Positions 37,509 to 47,029 of a stretch of 54,592 nt of DNA are shown here, piece after piece. The DNA is from an uncultured Acidobacteriota bacterium (lineage in GTDB: Bacteria; Actinomycetota; Acidimicrobiia; Spongiisociales; ZC4RG35): the NCBI GenBank assembly GCA_963828465.1, contig CAWHEU010000028.1, forward strand, positions 1-54,592, in the 5' to 3' direction. Below the pieces are notes generated by a model. It was not told the origin of the DNA. It worked only from the letters and a program-made list of their open reading frames with translations, and made no database searches. The translations under genes and the position numbers were made by a program. Position 1 is the first letter of the stretch; each line of letters begins with the position of its first letter.

Positions 37509-38843
37509 ATGACTCAAGAGACGGATTTGGATCCGAGGAACTACGTCTACCTGGTAGCGCTCGCACCGGCGATCCTCGTGACACACGCATTTGCCGTGCG
37601 GCTGAGTCGAGCAGTGGAACGAACCGGTCGACTCCAGGGTCGCAGCACGGTCAACCTTCTGTCTGGCGGCCTGTCCGTGCTGAATCTCGTAATCACGACA
37701 GCAGTCTGCCGCTGGCTGGATATTCCGCTCGGCATCGATGCGGGAGCGGGAGCGATCGACATCGCACTCTCCGGTGTCATCGCTCTGCTCCTGGCGTTCG
37801 CAATTTCATTCGCCACCAGAACCGCGGTTCGCGTCCTCCCGCAACGACGGCGGACGGGACCAAACCGACGAGCGAACAGCCTGCTCGCGGGTCTCACGAT
37901 CGGGGTGAAGGTCCTCTTGGGCGTCGGCGTCCTCCTGTTCGCCGTGGTCACCCTCAGCGCCCTGGTGCAGCTGATCGCTGGTGACTTCGGACCCCTCGGG
38001 CGAATTGAGTACCTGGCGCTCGTGGTCCTCCCAGTATTCGTTGTCTTCCTCTACTTCTACGTGAGACGAGCCCAACGGAAAGCGTCCTTGCTCGAGAAGC
38101 GACTCCAACCCTCGCTGGAGAACTCGACCAACGGCACACGACGGGTGCTCTACCTTCGACCTTTCCAGGAGGAGCATCGTTTGTTCGCCGGATCTCAGAC
38201 ACTCGACGAGTTCTTGGGGGACGAGATCGCCGAGCAAATCGGGCCGCTGATCGCCCTCGGCAACCCGACAGACAGGATCGCGCCAGATGGAGCCGAGCGG
38301 CAGTACTACGAGGATGATGAGTGGCAATTGGCGGTCGAAAGACTCGCCGTCGAGGCCCCCTGCATCGTTGCTGCTACCAGTGCGTCGCCCAATACCGCAT
38401 GGGAACTGCGGCGTGTGCTGGAGCTCGGGTTGGAGCGCCGGCTCTATCTCCTTTCGCCGCCGCTCCGCGAGCATCCTCCGTCGCCTGAACCATCGGTTGC
38501 TATGTCAGGACGACTCCGCAGGCTGCTCGGGATCACACGCCGCGCCACCTTCTCCTGGCTCTCCCAGGATTGGGACGGCCTGTCACGCGAACTGTCGTTT
38601 GGAGAGCTCCCCTCGGCGCTGTCGCCGGCCGGCCAGGCCACGTGGGATGAGTTCGTGAGCACACTCGTCACCTGTGGCTACTCGGTCGATATGGCCGATC
38701 CGGGTGCGGGGGCTGTGGTTGGCTTCGACAAGGGCGGCGGCGCCCTTCTTCTCGAGCGCGGTGCATCTTCGCCGTTGGACTTCGTCCAGCCGATGGTCGA
38801 GCGGCAGAGGTCGGCCGAGCCTCCTCCGCCGAGGCCTGCATGA
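37509..38843 (+). CDS. ~5-TM membrane protein with a cytoplasmic Rossmann/TIR-like domain
   Basis: Hydrophobic N-half; soluble C-half VLYLRPFQEE...GPLIALGNPTD...GAERQYY...WQLAV...CIV....SPNTAWELRRV. Confidence 0.72.
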   Translation: MTQETDLDPRNYVYLVALAPAILVTHAFAVRLSRAVERTGRLQGRSTVNLLSGGLSVLNLVITTAVCRWLDIPLGIDAGAGAIDIALSGVIALLLAFAISFATRTAVRVLPQRRRTGPNRRANSLLAGLTIGVKVLLGVGVLLFAVVTLSALVQLIAGDFGPLGRIEYLALVVLPVFVVFLYFYVRRAQRKASLLEKRLQPSLENSTNGTRRVLYLRPFQEEHRLFAGSQTLDEFLGDEIAEQIGPLIALGNPTDRIAPDGAERQYYEDDEWQLAVERLAVEAPCIVAATSASPNTAWELRRVLELGLERRLYLLSPPLREHPPSPEPSVAMSGRLRRLLGITRRATFSWLSQDWDGLSRELSFGELPSALSPAGQATWDEFVSTLVTCGYSVDMADPGAGAVVGFDKGGGALLLERGASSPLDFVQPMVERQRSAEPPPPRPA

Positions 38844-38846
38844 TGC

Positions 38847-39851
38847 TCAGCCCCCGATGTAGCTCATCTCGACGCGTGACCCGATGCTCACCGTCTGCGC
38901 CGACCTGATCTCCGAGTACCGGTCTTCCCTGTTCGACCATATGCGGTCGATGATCGGACCGACATCCTCACCGGCCCTGATCGCGTCACGCAGGTTCGAT
39001 CCGGCGGAGGCGAAGAGACATGTGTACAGGACCCCCTCGGCGGAGAGCCGGGCCCGGGTGCAGGAACCGCAGAAGGGCCTGGTAACCGAGGCGATCACCC
39101 CCACCTCCCCCTCACCGTCGAGGTAGCGGAACCGGTTGGCCACCTCACCGGGGTAGTTGGGCGGTATTGGCTCGAGTGGGAAGACCTGATTGATGGCCGA
39201 GATCATCTCTTCGGCGGGCACGACATCGTCCAGGCGCCAGCCGTTGGTGTTCCCCACATCCATGTACTCGATGAAGCGCACGATGTGACCGGTGGCCTTG
39301 AAGTGCCTGGCCATGTCGACAACGGCGTGCTCGTTCACCCCTCGCTGGACGACCGCGTTCACCTTTATCGGCCCGAGCCCGGCCTCGGCCGCCGCCTCGA
39401 TGCCTTCGAGGACCGAGGAGACGGGGAAACCGACATCGTTCATGCGTTGAAAGGTCGGATCGTCCAGCGCATCGAGGCTCACGGTGACCCGGTCCAGACC
39501 GGCAGCCGCCAGGGACCGCGCCTTCCGGGTCAAGAGTGAAGCATTGGTGGTCAGCGTGAGGTCGTCAACTCCATCGATCGCCTCGAGCATGCCGATTAGT
39601 TTCTCCAGGTCCTTCCGGAGCAGTGGCTCGCCCCCCGTGATTCTCACCTTGGTCACGCCTCGGTCGACGAAGAGCCCGACCAGATGCCCGATCTCCTCGA
39701 AGCTCAGCAACTGGTCGCGGGGCAAGAACTCGTGGTCCTTGCCGAACAGCTCCTTGGGCATGCAGTAGGTGCATCGGAAGTTGCATCGGTCGGTGACCGA
39801 GATGCGGAGGTCACGAACCGGGCGTTGAAACCGATCGACGAGGGCACTCAT
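38847..39851 (-). CDS. moaA: GTP 3',8-cyclase MoaA
   Basis: LRISVTDRCNFRCTYC, RITGGEP, RFIEYMDVG, FCGSCTRARLS...TCLF, terminal IGG. Confidence 0.96.
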   Translation of the reverse strand: MSALVDRFQRPVRDLRISVTDRCNFRCTYCMPKELFGKDHEFLPRDQLLSFEEIGHLVGLFVDRGVTKVRITGGEPLLRKDLEKLIGMLEAIDGVDDLTLTTNASLLTRKARSLAAAGLDRVTVSLDALDDPTFQRMNDVGFPVSSVLEGIEAAAEAGLGPIKVNAVVQRGVNEHAVVDMARHFKATGHIVRFIEYMDVGNTNGWRLDDVVPAEEMISAINQVFPLEPIPPNYPGEVANRFRYLDGEGEVGVIASVTRPFCGSCTRARLSAEGVLYTCLFASAGSNLRDAIRAGEDVGPIIDRIWSNREDRYSEIRSAQTVSIGSRVEMSYIGG

Positions 39852-39932
39852 CCGGGCCAAGGTTATTGGAGCGGTCTTGCAAACGAGCGAGCAGAAGGCT
39901 TGCTCCACGTCCCACGATCCGGCATCTTGGAG

Positions 39933-40201
39933 ACACGGGGCTCTCGGAGTCGGCCCGAAACGAGTTGTACAATGCGCTCATGCCCGTGTTGGGGCCCAAC
40001 CCGACTGCGACGCTGATGTCACACCTACTCCCGACACCTGATGCGCTTCACCTGCTCAGATCGGAGATGAACGAGCGGTTCGATCGGATAGAGGACCGTT
40101 TTGATCGGCTGAATGATCGGTTCAACGAGCGATTCGATCGGATGCTGATCGCTCAGATCGGTGGGTTCACTGCCTTGGTGGTGGCCATTTTCCTCAACTG
40201 A
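39933..40201 (+). CDS. Small coiled-coil protein with C-terminal TM (DUF1640/CCDC90-like); start codon uncertain
   Basis: SESARNELYNALMPVLGPNPTATLMSHL...EMNERFDRIEDRFDRLNDRFNERFDRM + hydrophobic tail. Confidence 0.6.
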
Positions 40202-40265
40202 CGAAACGGCCTCTACAAAGAAATCCCCGTTCTACGCCGCATGACGTGTGTCTGTGTGCGTATCT

Positions 40266-40303
40266 TGTAAACGTTTTCGACATCGTTATCAAGAACGTTT
40301 ACA
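40266..40303. promoter_or_regulatory. Two LacI-type operator-like sites forming an inverted repeat upstream of the lacI-family gene
   Basis: TGTAAACGTTTTCG (40266) and CAAGAACGTTTACA (40290); TGTAAACGTT/AACGTTTACA are perfect inverted copies with central CG. Confidence 0.65.
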
Positions 40304-40309
40304 GGTGGG

Positions 40310-41323
40310 ATGAGAAAAGCCCAGGATCGGATCACCATCGGGGATGTCGCCGCCGAGGCCGGAGTGTCGATTGCCACCGTGTCACGGGTGGTCAACGGCC
40401 GCTACGGCGTGGCTCCCGACACCTCCTCCCGAGTCCAGGCTGTCATCGACGACTTGGGTTACGAGTCGAGCCTGGTGGCGAGGAGCCTGCGCAGCCATCG
40501 CACCAGCGTCATCGGGATCATCGTCCCCGATCTCGAGCCGTTCAGCACCGAGCTGCTCAAGGGCGCCGCTCGGGCGATCCACTCCACCGGCTATGAGCTG
40601 ATCGTTTGCGCCGGTGATGGACATGTCGGCGCACAAGTGGGTTGGGAGCGACGCTACCTCTCCCGGCTCAACGGCACCCTGGCTGATGGAACCCTGCTCG
40701 TGACCCCCACCGTGGTCGACGTCGCTCGCAACGCGCCGGTAGTCGTCGTCGACCCCCACGCAGGCGCCTCTCCCCTGCCAACTGTCGCATCCCAGAACCT
40801 GGAGGGAGCGATGACGGCAACTGACTACTTGATTGGGCTGGGCCATCGTCGGATCGGGTTCATCGCCGGCCGTCCCGACCTGGAGTCGGCCCGTCTTCGC
40901 GAGCAGGGCTACCTCAAGGCTCTGGAGCGGTCGGGGATCGAGTTCGACCCAGGACTGGTCCGTGTCGGCGAGTACACCCGAGAAGCAACGGAGGGCCCGG
41001 CCCATGAACTGCTCGAGCTGAACGATCCCCCGACTGCGATCTTCGCCGCCAACGACGTGTCGGCCATCGCCACGATGGATGTCGCGCAGTCCCTCGGGCT
41101 CTCGGTGCCGGACGATCTGTCGGTGATCGGCTTCGACAACATCCTCGAGTCGGCCCTTTCCTCGCCTTCGCTGACCACGATCGACCAGTCGATCCAAGAG
41201 ATGGGCTACGAGGCGACGCGACTCCTCGTCGAGCTCATCGATGAGCCGGACCAGGAACCGGCCCACCTGACCCTTCCCACTGAGTTGGTGGTCCGGCAGT
41301 CATGCCGGGCCGTGCCCGTTTAG
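40310..41323 (+). CDS. LacI family transcriptional regulator
   Basis: HTH TIGDVAAEAGVSIATVSRVVN; LGHRRIGFI, PTAIFAAND, DLSVIGFDN, LTTIDQ. Confidence 0.95.
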   Translation: MRKAQDRITIGDVAAEAGVSIATVSRVVNGRYGVAPDTSSRVQAVIDDLGYESSLVARSLRSHRTSVIGIIVPDLEPFSTELLKGAARAIHSTGYELIVCAGDGHVGAQVGWERRYLSRLNGTLADGTLLVTPTVVDVARNAPVVVVDPHAGASPLPTVASQNLEGAMTATDYLIGLGHRRIGFIAGRPDLESARLREQGYLKALERSGIEFDPGLVRVGEYTREATEGPAHELLELNDPPTAIFAANDVSAIATMDVAQSLGLSVPDDLSVIGFDNILESALSSPSLTTIDQSIQEMGYEATRLLVELIDEPDQEPAHLTLPTELVVRQSCRAVPV

Positions 41324-41361
41324 ACCGAATCCGAGGAGGAAGAACAAGCCCACACCCTGAT

Positions 41362-41375
41362 TGAAAACGATTACA
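41362..41375. promoter_or_regulatory. LacI-type operator upstream of sugar ABC operon
   Basis: TGAAAACGATTACA matches TGNAANCGNTTNCA and the sites at 40266-40303. Confidence 0.65.
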
Positions 41376-41416
41376 ACCCAAGCTCGATGACACGGAGGCA
41401 AGCGAAGGAGGAACAT

Positions 41417-42790
41417 GTGGAACCGGTGAGACGATCCATGGCGATCCTCGCCATCCTGGCCCTGGTCCTGGCCGCCTGTGGCGGTGGAGGGACCGGCGAG
41501 GACGCGACCACCACTACCGGCGGCGCGGTGACCGAGACGACGGCGGCCGAGGCGGCGACCACAACCGCCGCAGCCGAGGAGCCGGCGGAGGAGGTCACCA
41601 TCGAATGGTGGCATATTCAGAACACAGACCCGATGATGACGTTGTGGCAGGACATGGCCGACGAGTTCATGGAGGCCAATCCCAACGTCCAGATCAACAT
41701 CACAGTGATGGAGAACGAGGCGTTCAAGGCGGCGCTTCAAACCAATCTCCAGGCCGGTGACGTGCCGGACCTCTTCCAATCCTGGGGTGGCGGTGGCCTG
41801 CGTGAGCAGGTGGACGCCGGCCTGGTGCAAGACATCACCGACGCTTCCTCCGGGTTCATCGGCAACTTGAACGAGGGCGCGGTCGGGCTCTACAACGTGG
41901 ATGATGTCCAATATGGCGTACCGTTCAACCTGGGCATGGTCGGGTTCTGGTACAACAAGGACCTGTTCGCCCAGGCGGGGATCGATGGCCCACCGGCTAC
42001 CTGGGACGAGTTCCTCGAGGATGTCCAGGCCCTGAAGGACGCCGGGATCACGCCGATCGCGGTCGGTGCCGGAGACAAGTGGCCCGCTCACTTCTACTAC
42101 TCGTATCTGATGATCCGAGAGGGTGGCGAGGCGGCGATGGCGACCGTGACGGAGACGCTCGACTTCAACACGCCCGAGTTCATCGAGGCGGGCAATCAAT
42201 TGCAGCGTCTCATCGACATGGAGCCCTTCCAGCCGGGCTTCCTGGCCGCGCCGTGGGATGCTCCCGACGGTGAGTCGGGGACGATCGGCACCGGAGCGGC
42301 CGCGATCAGCCTGATGGGGCAATGGGGACCGGGCGCCTATGCCAACCAGTCGGGCATCGGGACCCCTGAGGACCCGATCGAGGAGCGGCTCCCCGCTGAG
42401 TTCGGCTGGTTCCCGTTCCCGGCTGTCGAAGGTGGTGCCGGCGCTGCGACCGACGGTTTCGGTGGCGGCGACGGGTTTGCTGTCGGCAAGGATGCACCAC
42501 CAGAGGCAGTTCAGTTCCTGGAATACATCACTGCCGTCGAGCAGGCGATTCGGACCGGCGAGACAGGGACCACCCTTCCGGTCACCGCGGGCGCCGAGGT
42601 GTCCGTGACCGATCCGCTGCAGCAGGCAGTGCTGGAAGGGTTGGGCCAGGCGAGCTTCGTCCAGCTCTATCTGGACCAGTACTTCACCCCTGAGCTTGGT
42701 GCCGCGGTCAACGACGCGGTGGCCACCCTGTTTGCTGGGACCGCCACCCCCGAGGAAGTCACCGAGTCCATTACGGCGGCGGCCGGATAG
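41417..42790 (+). CDS. Sugar ABC transporter substrate-binding lipoprotein (CUT1; xylo-oligosaccharide-type by resemblance)
   Basis: AAGGAGG RBS; lipobox LVLAAC; PDLFQSWGGG, WYNKDLFAQAG, GGGDGFAV. Confidence 0.9.
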   Translation: MEPVRRSMAILAILALVLAACGGGGTGEDATTTTGGAVTETTAAEAATTTAAAEEPAEEVTIEWWHIQNTDPMMTLWQDMADEFMEANPNVQINITVMENEAFKAALQTNLQAGDVPDLFQSWGGGGLREQVDAGLVQDITDASSGFIGNLNEGAVGLYNVDDVQYGVPFNLGMVGFWYNKDLFAQAGIDGPPATWDEFLEDVQALKDAGITPIAVGAGDKWPAHFYYSYLMIREGGEAAMATVTETLDFNTPEFIEAGNQLQRLIDMEPFQPGFLAAPWDAPDGESGTIGTGAAAISLMGQWGPGAYANQSGIGTPEDPIEERLPAEFGWFPFPAVEGGAGAATDGFGGGDGFAVGKDAPPEAVQFLEYITAVEQAIRTGETGTTLPVTAGAEVSVTDPLQQAVLEGLGQASFVQLYLDQYFTPELGAAVNDAVATLFAGTATPEEVTESITAAAG

Positions 42791-42804
42791 CCACCAGTCG
42801 TATC

Positions 42805-43809
42805 GTGAGCAAAGTCGTGGAGGGCCGCCGGTCCGGCGGCCCTCCACCTATCGAGCAACGGATTGTGACCAGCGATCCACAAGTCAAGGTGACGCCCCCC
42901 GGTCGAGTAGTTCGACGCGCGCCAGGGACTGCACCCTGGCCGGTCATTCTTGCCTTCCTGCTGCCCGCCCTGGCCCTTTACGGCCTCTTTGTCCTCTACC
43001 CGATCACCCAGAGCATCCGCTACAGCGGGTACGACTGGAACGGCCTGACACCTCTCACCGACTGGGTCGGGCTCCAGAACTTCAGAGACGCTTTCGCTGA
43101 CCCGTTGTTCATAGAAGCGATAACTCACAACGGGATCATCATCGGGCTCTCGCTACTTCTCCAGATTCCTTTCGCTGTCACCCTCGCCGTGCTCCTCACT
43201 CGCAACCTGAAGGGGCGAGGGGTCTTCCGGACGATGTACTTCGCCCCTTTCATCTTGTCCGAGGTGGTCACCGGGGTGGTGTGGCGCCAGATCTATCGGC
43301 CCGACGGCCTCTTCGACCAGATACTCGCCTCGGCCGGCGCCGGGGATGTCACCAGAGAGTGGCTGGCAGACCCCGAGATCGCTCTCTACAGCCTGTTCTT
43401 CGTCATCTCCTGGAAATACTTCGGGTTCCACATGGTGTTGATCCTGGCCGGTCTCCAGCTCATCCCGACCGAGCTCGAGGAGGCCTCGGCCATCGACGGC
43501 GCCTCCTTCTGGAAGGGTTTCCGATACGTGACCCTCCCGCTGCTAGGACCCACGATCAGGGTCTCTATGTTCCTCTCCATCATCGGCGCCCTGCAATTGT
43601 TCGACCTGGTCTGGGTCACCACGAAGGGCGGGCCGGTGAACTCCACCGCAACCATGGCCACCTATCTCGTCGATTGGGGCTTCAGACGGGGCCAGTTCGG
43701 CTTTGCGAGCGCGGTCTCCGTGATCGTCTTCAGTCTCTCCTTGATCGTGGCCCTCCTGTATCAGCGATTCGTGCTGCGCCGCGATCTGGAAGGAGCGCTG
43801 ACGGCGTGA
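42805..43809 (+). CDS. Sugar ABC transporter permease
   Basis: WVGLQNF, WKYFGFHMVLILAGLQ, EEASAIDGAS, LQLFDLVWVTTKGGP. Confidence 0.93.
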   Translation: MSKVVEGRRSGGPPPIEQRIVTSDPQVKVTPPGRVVRRAPGTAPWPVILAFLLPALALYGLFVLYPITQSIRYSGYDWNGLTPLTDWVGLQNFRDAFADPLFIEAITHNGIIIGLSLLLQIPFAVTLAVLLTRNLKGRGVFRTMYFAPFILSEVVTGVVWRQIYRPDGLFDQILASAGAGDVTREWLADPEIALYSLFFVISWKYFGFHMVLILAGLQLIPTELEEASAIDGASFWKGFRYVTLPLLGPTIRVSMFLSIIGALQLFDLVWVTTKGGPVNSTATMATYLVDWGFRRGQFGFASAVSVIVFSLSLIVALLYQRFVLRRDLEGALTA

Positions 43810-44666
43810 CCGCGACCACCGTCCCAACCAAGGGCCCCTCCCAGAAATTCGACTTCGGCCGTGGCCTTCTATACCTGATCGCCGTTCTGGTGCTGCTGGT
43901 GATCATCGTCCCCTTGAGCTTCTCGATCATCGGTGGGTTCCGGAGCAACTCGCAGCTTGCAGCCGATCCCGTCGGCCTACCCGATCCTTGGGTGTGGACC
44001 AACTACCAGACCGCGTTGACCGACCCCAGTTTCTATGGGTGGGTGAGGAACAGTGTGCTGATCGCACTGATCACCACTGCCCTCGTCCTCCCCGCCGCTT
44101 CCCTGGCTGCCTTCGTGATAGCGCGATACAGGTTCCGGGGACGCGAGTTCGTGTTCGCCCTGTTCACTCTTGGCCTTCTGTTTCCCGTAGCGGTGGCCAT
44201 CCTTCCCCTGTTCATCACCCTCCGGCAGACTGGTCTCCTCAACAGCCCTCTCGGCATCGCCCTCCCCCAGGCGGCGTTCGGGCTCCCGCTCTCGATCGTG
44301 ATCCTTCGCCCCTTTTTCCGCAGCATCCCACGTGACTTGGAAGACGCAGCCGCTATCGACGGCTGTGGCCCGCTTCGCTTCTACTGGTCGGTCATGCTCC
44401 CCCTGTCCCGCCCCGTGTTGAGCACGATCGCGGTGCTCACCGTGGTTGGCAGCTGGAACGCATTCCTGCTCCCGTTGCTGGTGTTGATCCAACCGGGGCA
44501 GTGGACGCTGCCACTCGGCATCAACAACATCTCGGCCCAGTACGTGACGGACACCGCGATGATCCTGGCCTACACCACGCTGGCCATGATCCCGGCCCTG
44601 ATCTTCTACTTCATCGCCCAGAAGCAGATCGTGACCGGGCTGACCACCGGTGGGGTAAAGGGATGA
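43806..44666 (+). CDS. Sugar ABC transporter permease
   Basis: GTGA overlap start; NSVLIA, EDAAAIDGCG, WNAFLLPL, GLTTGGVKG. Confidence 0.93.
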   Translation: MTATTVPTKGPSQKFDFGRGLLYLIAVLVLLVIIVPLSFSIIGGFRSNSQLAADPVGLPDPWVWTNYQTALTDPSFYGWVRNSVLIALITTALVLPAASLAAFVIARYRFRGREFVFALFTLGLLFPVAVAILPLFITLRQTGLLNSPLGIALPQAAFGLPLSIVILRPFFRSIPRDLEDAAAIDGCGPLRFYWSVMLPLSRPVLSTIAVLTVVGSWNAFLLPLLVLIQPGQWTLPLGINNISAQYVTDTAMILAYTTLAMIPALIFYFIAQKQIVTGLTTGGVKG

Positions 44667-47029
44667 CTGCGGTCACCGTCGACGGGCAGCAGCCGGCCTA
44701 CCGCGATCCTGGCCTCCCGGTGAACGAGCGCGTCGAGAGCCTTCTGGAGATGATGACTCTCGAAGAGAAGGTCGCCCAATTGGGGAGCGCCTGGGTCTTC
44801 CAGCTGACCGAAAAGGGGCAATTCTCCCGGGACAAGGCCGGGCCACTGCTCCGGCAGGGTCTGGGGCACGTCACCCGGATCTCAGGCGCCAGCGACCTGA
44901 CACCCCGGGAAGCGGCCCGACTCGCCAACGAAATCCAGCGCTACCTCCTCGAGGAGACCCGGCTCGGCATACCGGCCATCGTCCATGAGGAGATCTGCTC
45001 CGGACTGATGGCCAAGGACGCCATGGTCTATCCCCAGGCAATCGGCGTGGCCGCGACCTGGGACCCGGACCTCGCCCGCGAGATGGCAGACGTCATCCGC
45101 CGCCAGATGAGGGCCGTGGGGGCACATCACGGGCTGTCACCCGTGCTCGATGTGGCGAGGGACCCGCGATGGGGCCGTACCGAGGAGACCTATGGGGAAG
45201 ACCCGTACCTGGTCGCCCGGATGGGAACTGCCTTCGTCGAGGGATTGCAGGGCGCCGACCTGACCCAGGGCGTTGTCGCCACCGCCAAGCATTTCGTCGG
45301 GTACAGCGCCTCAGAGGGCGGCCTCAACTGGGCGCCGCCCCATCTGCCGGACCGCGAACTGAGGGAGGTGTACCTCCATCCGTTCGAGGCAGTGGTCCGC
45401 GGCGGGGCCCAGTCGGTCATGAACGCCTATCACGAGCTGGACGGGATCCCCTGCGGCGCCCATCGTGAGCTCCTCACCGACATCCTTCGAGACGAGTGGG
45501 GATTCGAGGGGACCGTAGTGTCGGACTACTTCGCCGTCCGCCAGCTCGCCAGCTACCACCATCTCGCCGAGGACGGGATAGGGGCGGCCGGAATTGCTCT
45601 CGAAGCCGGGATCGATGTCGAGCTTCCCGGCACCGACTGTTATGGCGAGCCGCTCATCGAAGGCATCCACAGCGGGGACATCGACCTCGACCTCGTCAAC
45701 ATCTCGGTGAGGCGGGTGCTCCGGTCCAAGTTCGAGCTCGGTCTCTTCGAATCCTCTTTTGTCGACCCGGACGCGGCCCAGACCGACCTTCGACTCGAGC
45801 AAGGGTTGGCACGGCGAATCGCGGAGAAGAGCATCGTCCTGCTCGCCAATAACGGTGCCCTGCCCATCGCCCCCGACACCGGGCCGATCGCGGTGATTGG
45901 TCCAAACGCCGACGACTCACGAAACCTGTTCGGCGACTACACCTACCCGGCCCACATCGAAGCCCTGGCCGAGATGCAGCATGGCGACAACGTGTTTGGT
46001 GTGCCCTTCACCGGGGAGGTATCGGCTGAAGGCTCGATGAAACAGGCCAGCACTGTTCTGGACGTCATGCGAGAGCGGTTCGGCGAGAACGTCGAATTCG
46101 CCAGAGGATGTGATGTCAACACTTCCTTGCGCGAGGGTTTCGACGAGGCCGTCGCCCTCGCCCGCCGATCCGCGCTCGCGGTCATGGTGATGGGGGACAA
46201 AGCAGGGCTGACCACCGACTGCACCTCTGGCGAAGGCCGGGATCGTCTCTCCCTCGACCTTCCCGGGGTTCAGGACGACCTGGTGCGAGCGGTGGCCGCG
46301 ACCGGCACTCCGGTGATCCTGGTCCTGGTCTCCGGTCGACCTTGCGGCAGCGTCTGGGCACACGAGCACAGTGCCGCAGTGGTGCAGGCCTGGATGCCCG
46401 GAGAGGAGGGGGCCGAGGCCATCGTCGACGTCCTCACCGGCGTCTTCAACCCGGGCGGAAAACTGCCTCTCTCGCATCCTCGATCTGCAGGGCAAATACC
46501 CGTGTATTACGGGCACAAGGTGTCGGGCGGCAGATCGCATTGGAAAGGCGATTACGTGGACGGAGGGGCCAGTCCGCTCTATCCATTCGGCCATGGTCTC
46601 GGCTACACGACGTTCCGGATCTCGAACCTCTCGCTTACACCGGACGAGGCCGGCTGGAACCAAGAGGTGACGGTCACGGCCGACGTCTCCAACACCGGGA
46701 AAAGGGAAGGTGACGAGGTCGTCCAGCTGTACGTGAGGGACCCTGTGGCAAGTGTGACCCGGCCCGTCCTCGAGCTCAAGGGTTTTGCGCGGGTCGGTCT
46801 CCCCGCCGGAGACTCCTGTCAGGTGACCTTTCACCTGCCGGTCGGACAGCTCGGGTTCTATGACCGTGACATGAATTATGTGGTCGAGCCCGGGTCGATC
46901 GAGGTGCTGGTGGGGACCTCGTCGGCCGATCTTCAGGTGGCCGGGTCCTTCGCTGTCGTGCCGGATCCGGAAGGAGGGCCGGTCGTCAAGGAGTTTGATG
47001 GGTCGTCGGCTGTGTCCTCTCTTCCCTGA
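44663..47029 (+). CDS. Glycoside hydrolase family 3 (beta-xylosidase/beta-glucosidase) with Fn3-like tail
   Basis: MTLEEKVAQL, RDPRWGRTEETYGEDP, TAKHFVG, VVSDY nucleophile, SGEGRDR, YPFGHGLGYT, EVVQLY. Confidence 0.95.
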   Translation: MTAVTVDGQQPAYRDPGLPVNERVESLLEMMTLEEKVAQLGSAWVFQLTEKGQFSRDKAGPLLRQGLGHVTRISGASDLTPREAARLANEIQRYLLEETRLGIPAIVHEEICSGLMAKDAMVYPQAIGVAATWDPDLAREMADVIRRQMRAVGAHHGLSPVLDVARDPRWGRTEETYGEDPYLVARMGTAFVEGLQGADLTQGVVATAKHFVGYSASEGGLNWAPPHLPDRELREVYLHPFEAVVRGGAQSVMNAYHELDGIPCGAHRELLTDILRDEWGFEGTVVSDYFAVRQLASYHHLAEDGIGAAGIALEAGIDVELPGTDCYGEPLIEGIHSGDIDLDLVNISVRRVLRSKFELGLFESSFVDPDAAQTDLRLEQGLARRIAEKSIVLLANNGALPIAPDTGPIAVIGPNADDSRNLFGDYTYPAHIEALAEMQHGDNVFGVPFTGEVSAEGSMKQASTVLDVMRERFGENVEFARGCDVNTSLREGFDEAVALARRSALAVMVMGDKAGLTTDCTSGEGRDRLSLDLPGVQDDLVRAVAATGTPVILVLVSGRPCGSVWAHEHSAAVVQAWMPGEEGAEAIVDVLTGVFNPGGKLPLSHPRSAGQIPVYYGHKVSGGRSHWKGDYVDGGASPLYPFGHGLGYTTFRISNLSLTPDEAGWNQEVTVTADVSNTGKREGDEVVQLYVRDPVASVTRPVLELKGFARVGLPAGDSCQVTFHLPVGQLGFYDRDMNYVVEPGSIEVLVGTSSADLQVAGSFAVVPDPEGGPVVKEFDGSSAVSSLP

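Noticed and set aside
34746-40274. TTGTAAACGT occurs at 34746 and 40265, flanking the GNAT/TIR/moaA block like a target-site duplication
   Set aside because: The second copy is explained as a LacI operator, the interval includes housekeeping moaA, and no integrase or transposase is present
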